A model generated the notes under the pieces. That model worked only from the letters and a program-made list of their open reading frames with translations, had not been told where the DNA came from and searched no databases. From IMG/VR virus record IMGVR_UViG_3300021197_000608: a DNA stretch of 20,000 nucleotides. One strand, 5' to 3'. Source of the DNA: an uncultured virus (IMG/VR IMGVR_UViG_3300021197_000608). Taxonomy: Duplodnaviria > Heunggongvirae > Uroviricota > Caudoviricetes. How positions within the stretch are numbered: the stretch's first letter is position 1; each line of letters opens with the position of its first letter. The translations under genes were made by a program, and so were the position numbers. Shown in pieces: positions 17,233 through 20,000 of this stretch.

Positions 17233-18302
17233 TATGATACCTCTGTGTTAATCCCTTTTTCCTCTGCGTATTCCTTAATACTTTGAGAACCATTCTTTAG
17301 GGAAGTAGGTGGGCCTTTTGTAAACTCAGATGGATAGAAGTGTCCAACATCATTTGGAATATCATTCTTTAATTTAAATTGTCCTAATGCTGCAACTGCA
17401 AGTGAAGTATAGTTGTCACCACTTGTTCCTGTGTCATACTTTCCGTTTGGTAAATAGATAAGAAGATCTATTGCACATCCGTAATTGTGCCATGAAGAAC
17501 CAGGCCGTGCAGCTCTGTTTTTTGTTCTACCAGATTTATAATCGTTGTAAAGTTTTCTTTGTTCTGACATAGACCTGTATCCGTATCCGATACTTGCATC
17601 ATAGTCTGGATTATCTTCAATGAACTTTTTGATACCATTCGCCCATCTATCACGCAACCAAGGAACAAGACTGTTCAGTGCTTTTGCTGTTCTGTTGCCA
17701 TATCTCGATCTACCGAAGTCATCCCCTGTATATGTTTGACCACCAGAAAACTCTGGTGCTTGTGCTTCTGTATTGATTGGTGATTCTGATGGTCTGTTTT
17801 CTGCTACATCTGATTCGCCATCTTTTGTTACGAGAACAGTTGAGTCCATAGTTCCAATTGGTGTTGTGAATTCTGTAGTGTTACCATCTGCAATAAAAGA
17901 AGTTGTCTGAACTTGTGCAGCTGGTTTTTGTTGATCGTCAGAGTAATCAAATGGAGCTCCACCTTGTGGTGCAGCGGAAGCATTAATCTTGCCTGGCAAT
18001 GTTCCGAATACCATTGGTTCTTGCATGAAGTCTGGATCACGCCAGAAACCAATCACCCATGTACCTTCAATCGGCCCAGTAGGTGACATACCAATACCAC
18101 CAGATGATGCAGAGTTCGCTGGTTGAATACAAAACGCCCAAGGCAAATCACCAGTAGGAAGTTTTGTTTTATCTTCTGTGTGATATCCGAATACACGAAC
18201 ACGAACTCTACCTAGTGCCTGTGGGTCGCCTCTATCTTCTACGACACCAATCCACCAGATAAACCCATCACGCCCAGCAAAATAAGAAAGATTTTGTTCC
18301 AT
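17232..18302 (-). CDS. gp5: gp5 N-terminal part: OB-fold hub plus M15B/C-type zinc peptidase (356 aa)
   Basis: F.WWIGVVEDR.DP..LGRVRVRVFGYH...LPT.DLPWA...GIG.SPTG.IEGTWVIGF..D...QEP..FGT is the gp5 OB-fold. GYRS..EQ..LY...A.PG.SWHNYG.AID...DVGHF matches VanY / L-Ala-D-Glu peptidase-type motifs. Confidence 0.9.
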   Translation of the reverse strand: MEQNLSYFAGRDGFIWWIGVVEDRGDPQALGRVRVRVFGYHTEDKTKLPTGDLPWAFCIQPANSASSGGIGMSPTGPIEGTWVIGFWRDPDFMQEPMVFGTLPGKINASAAPQGGAPFDYSDDQQKPAAQVQTTSFIADGNTTEFTTPIGTMDSTVLVTKDGESDVAENRPSESPINTEAQAPEFSGGQTYTGDDFGRSRYGNRTAKALNSLVPWLRDRWANGIKKFIEDNPDYDASIGYGYRSMSEQRKLYNDYKSGRTKNRAARPGSSWHNYGCAIDLLIYLPNGKYDTGTSGDNYTSLAVAALGQFKLKNDIPNDVGHFYPSEFTKGPPTSLKNGSQSIKEYAEEKGINTEVS

Positions 18303-18319
18303 ATAGAATTCCTTTGAAG

Positions 18320-18327
18320 TATTTATA
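18320..18327 (-). promoter_or_regulatory. T4-type late promoter TATAAATA
   Basis: Exact match 17 nt upstream of the gp5-N ATG. Confidence 0.82.
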
Positions 18328-18442
18328 CTGTTGTATCAAAGCACCAAACAGGATTTATTTTTTATGGCTATAAAAATGTTCAGCTGTAACTAATAAGTAA
18401 TAGTCGCATATAGACTATGCGTAATCAAAGGATTTCAATTAC

Positions 18443-18820
18443 ATGAAACATATAATACTTGCTGCAACATTGGTTGCAGGCACATCAGCTATGGCCGAGG
18501 ATGGACTTTCTTGGGGTGGCGAATTAGATACAAAATACAAAGTTGATGCAGAAACATTAACTATGTCATTAGAACCAGACGTAACATACACATGGGGTTC
18601 ATCTGCTTTAACAGTAGGTATGGACATTCCAGTATGGAACTCTACTTCTGCTGATAGTTTTGTATTACTAGATGCATTGGATGCTGGTAAACAGCCTGAT
18701 CTAGATATGGAAGTTACTCATCAGTTACGAGACAACCTAGAGTTGTCAGTAGGAACTGCATGGGATTTAAACAGACAAGCACGAGAAGACGTTACACTAG
18801 GTGTTACTTTCTCATTCTAA
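18443..18820 (+). CDS. Small exported outer-membrane beta-barrel-like protein (125 aa)
   Basis: Signal peptide MKHIILAATLVAGTSAMA (A-X-A), alternating amphipathic strands, C-terminal beta-signal VTLGVTFSF. AAGGA Shine-Dalgarno upstream and a terminator downstream. Confidence 0.75.
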   Translation: MKHIILAATLVAGTSAMAEDGLSWGGELDTKYKVDAETLTMSLEPDVTYTWGSSALTVGMDIPVWNSTSADSFVLLDALDAGKQPDLDMEVTHQLRDNLELSVGTAWDLNRQAREDVTLGVTFSF

Positions 18821-18828
18821 TATAATAA

Positions 18829-18864
18829 CAAAAGGGAGCCCGAACAGGACTCCCTTTCTCTTTT
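18829..18864. terminator. Rho-independent terminator, probably bidirectional
   Basis: AAAGGGAG-CC-cgaaca-GG-a-CTCCCTTT hairpin with a T-rich tail on the plus strand and an A-run on the other side; sits between the convergent OMP-like gene and tRNA. Confidence 0.8.
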
Positions 18865-18867
18865 CGT

Positions 18868-18944
18868 TGGTCGGAGATGCTGGATTTGAACCAACGACCC
18901 CTTGTTCCCAAAACAAGTGCGCTACCAGACTGCGCTAATCTCCG
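18868..18944 (-). tRNA. tRNA-Pro (anticodon TGG), CCA encoded
   Basis: Reverse complement CGGAGATTAGCGCAGTCTGGTAGCGCACTTGTTTTGGGAACAAGGGGTCGTTGGTTCAAATCCAGCATCTCCGACCA: acceptor CGGAGAT/ATCTCCG, D-arm GCGC/GCGC, anticodon stem CTTGT/ACAAG with loop TT-TGG-GA, T-loop TTCAAAT; 77 nt. Confidence 0.97.
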
Positions 18945-19244
18945 TCAGACAGATGGAAGATTTTCTACAGTGTCAATTAAATCAATCACCGAATCTTTAT
19001 TCAGAAAACCATTCACCGTATCTTCATCATTTGTAATGGGTGGAAGCGAGTACGGTTCACCATTACGAGTCAGCATAATTTCAAACAGACCCATCTTGCC
19101 GCCATACGACATGTCGTGACGCACGATTGATAGTCCATATCCATTATCAAAGTCAACTTCACCACCATACTCGCTTCCTTTCAAACTATCCTCTTTAAAA
19201 AAAAGATAGTCCGAAACTTTATATTCCTTTACCTTATCAAACAT
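18945..19244 (-). CDS. Conserved phage hypothetical protein (99 aa)
   Basis: Likely start MFDKVKE at 19244, 1 nt after the upstream stop, rather than 19328 which overlaps the upstream ORF. The 'F.NGYG.S.....SYGG..GL.E' motif recurs in phage hypotheticals. Confidence 0.75.
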   Translation of the reverse strand: MFDKVKEYKVSDYLFFKEDSLKGSEYGGEVDFDNGYGLSIVRHDMSYGGKMGLFEIMLTRNGEPYSLPPITNDEDTVNGFLNKDSVIDLIDTVENLPSV

Positions 19245-19245
19245 C

Positions 19246-19518
19246 TTAGTAGCATACAATCTTAGGTGTCTTACTTCCGTCAGAGTGATAAACAAACTTA
19301 CTCCAACACTGCTGGATACCCATACCATTATTAATATTACCAGTACCTACAGTAAACTTCACTTGATTATTAATATTTGTATTACCACCAAGTAGTTGTT
19401 GAAGTACCGATTGAATCAGAACTTGTTTCATCACAGCGTCATTACTCTGTATCTCAAAAGCATTCGCATTACCTACAAGCCCTAAACTCAAAACTATTCC
19501 ACAAATTATTTTTTTCAT
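19246..19518 (-). CDS. Hypothetical exported protein (90 aa)
   Basis: GGAG 6 nt before the ATG at 19518. Signal peptide MKKIICGIVLSLGLVGNANA; C-terminal C-x17-C. Confidence 0.72.
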   Translation of the reverse strand: MKKIICGIVLSLGLVGNANAFEIQSNDAVMKQVLIQSVLQQLLGGNTNINNQVKFTVGTGNINNGMGIQQCWSKFVYHSDGSKTPKIVCY

Positions 19519-19547
19519 ATTCATCTCCGATTGACCTTGACCGTTTT

Positions 19548-19859
19548 TTACGCTTCCTCTAAGTATTCTGTTTTCAGAACATTTAGAGCCTCTTCCGCTT
19601 TATCTAAATTACCTAACCAGTACTTCAATGATTCGTTTTCAGCAATATCCGTTCTTGCGTCATGCACAATGATTCGAGGATTGTTCGCCATCGCCCAGTA
19701 CTCGTAAACTTTCACAGCACCATCGTTGTACATAACAGTGACTAACGTATCATCGTTTGCAGCTTCGTGAATAGATGTGATTTCGCCTTCTGCGATAACA
19801 TTGTCTTCACCTATCTTGGGGTAAACTCTAATAACACTGTGTCCAATTTCAAAACCCAT
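19548..19859 (-). CDS. Hypothetical early protein (103 aa)
   Basis: AAGGA Shine-Dalgarno; first ORF after the consensus sigma70 promoter. Confidence 0.75.
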   Translation of the reverse strand: MGFEIGHSVIRVYPKIGEDNVIAEGEITSIHEAANDDTLVTVMYNDGAVKVYEYWAMANNPRIIVHDARTDIAENESLKYWLGNLDKAEEALNVLKTEYLEEA

Positions 19860-19890
19860 AATGATTCCTTTTCTCTCTGATTACATATAC

Positions 19891-19919
19891 ATTATACGTT
19901 ATAAGAACAACAATGTCAA
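19891..19919 (-). promoter_or_regulatory. Consensus sigma70 (early) promoter
   Basis: Minus strand TTGACA (19919-19914), 17-nt spacer, TATAAT (19896-19891), with an A/T-rich UP-like region upstream. Confidence 0.9.
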
Positions 19920-20000
19920 GCACTAAATGTAAAAAAGATTTCCTTATAAAACAATGACTTAGGAGAATAGTGACGAATAAGTTTCAAGTTTCTTTCTCTT

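Noticed and set aside
17215..17250. gp5 split as a sequencing error, programmed frameshift or ribosomal hop (TCA-TAA-TG-TCA)
   Set aside because: The clean TAATG overlap and well-spaced GAGGT favour re-initiation. The downstream frame is closed by a TAA six codons upstream and there is no slippery heptamer in between. Not formally excluded without reads.
17233..17816. Intron or intein interrupting gp5
   Set aside because: The insert is an in-frame peptidase; no homing endonuclease, intein terminal motifs or group I structure recognised.
17232..18302. Split as a genetic equivalent of the T4 gp5 maturation cleavage after residue 351
   Set aside because: The lengths are similar, but the GFxDP..YPRR linker that precedes lysozyme in T4 is in the second chain here, so the breakpoint is not homologous.
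14259..18302. Bacterial T6SS or eCIS locus (VgrG, PAAR, TssE-like)
   Set aside because: T4-specific gp5, gp6 and gp8 motifs, TATAAATA late promoters and the tRNA/early cluster indicate a T4-like phage.
5735..18627. Short ORFs nested in or antisense to gp8, the fibre, gp7, gp6, the nuclease, gp5 and the OMP-like gene
   Set aside because: Alternative-frame shadows of well-supported genes.
18877..19119. 80-aa plus-strand ORF
   Set aside because: Antisense to the tRNA-Pro and the 99-aa gene.

Overview
A 20 kb segment of an AT-rich T4-like myophage (probably marine or aquatic, Gram-negative host; inferred). Bases 1-18302 are a minus-strand late baseplate module. In transcription order it reads: gp5 split into two genes, PAAR (gp5.4), an SNase-like nuclease, gp25, gp6, a gp7-like wedge protein, a gp9/gp10-like fibre connector, a tail-fibre-like protein with a 57-aa partner, gp8, and a >1660-aa VrlC/DUF4815-like structural protein that runs off the left edge. 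The last ORF and the 57-aa ORF are missing from the supplied track. T4 late promoters (TATAAATA) precede gp5, gp25 and the gp9-like gene. The right end holds a divergent small outer-membrane beta-barrel-like gene, a bidirectional terminator, and an early-type unit (perfect sigma70 promoter, three small ORFs, tRNA-Pro(TGG)). Most notable: (1) the puncturing spike gp5 has no lysozyme and is encoded as two coupled genes, each with a different M15 zinc peptidase, and a small beta-domain appears cut in half between the two chains; (2) strong motif avoidance (no CCGG or GGWCC seen, and all 16 CCWGG sites overlap GCC/GGC), suggesting restriction pressure plus a protective DNA modification; (3) a phage-encoded mini outer-membrane protein. 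All family calls come from motif recognition by eye, with no database searches.
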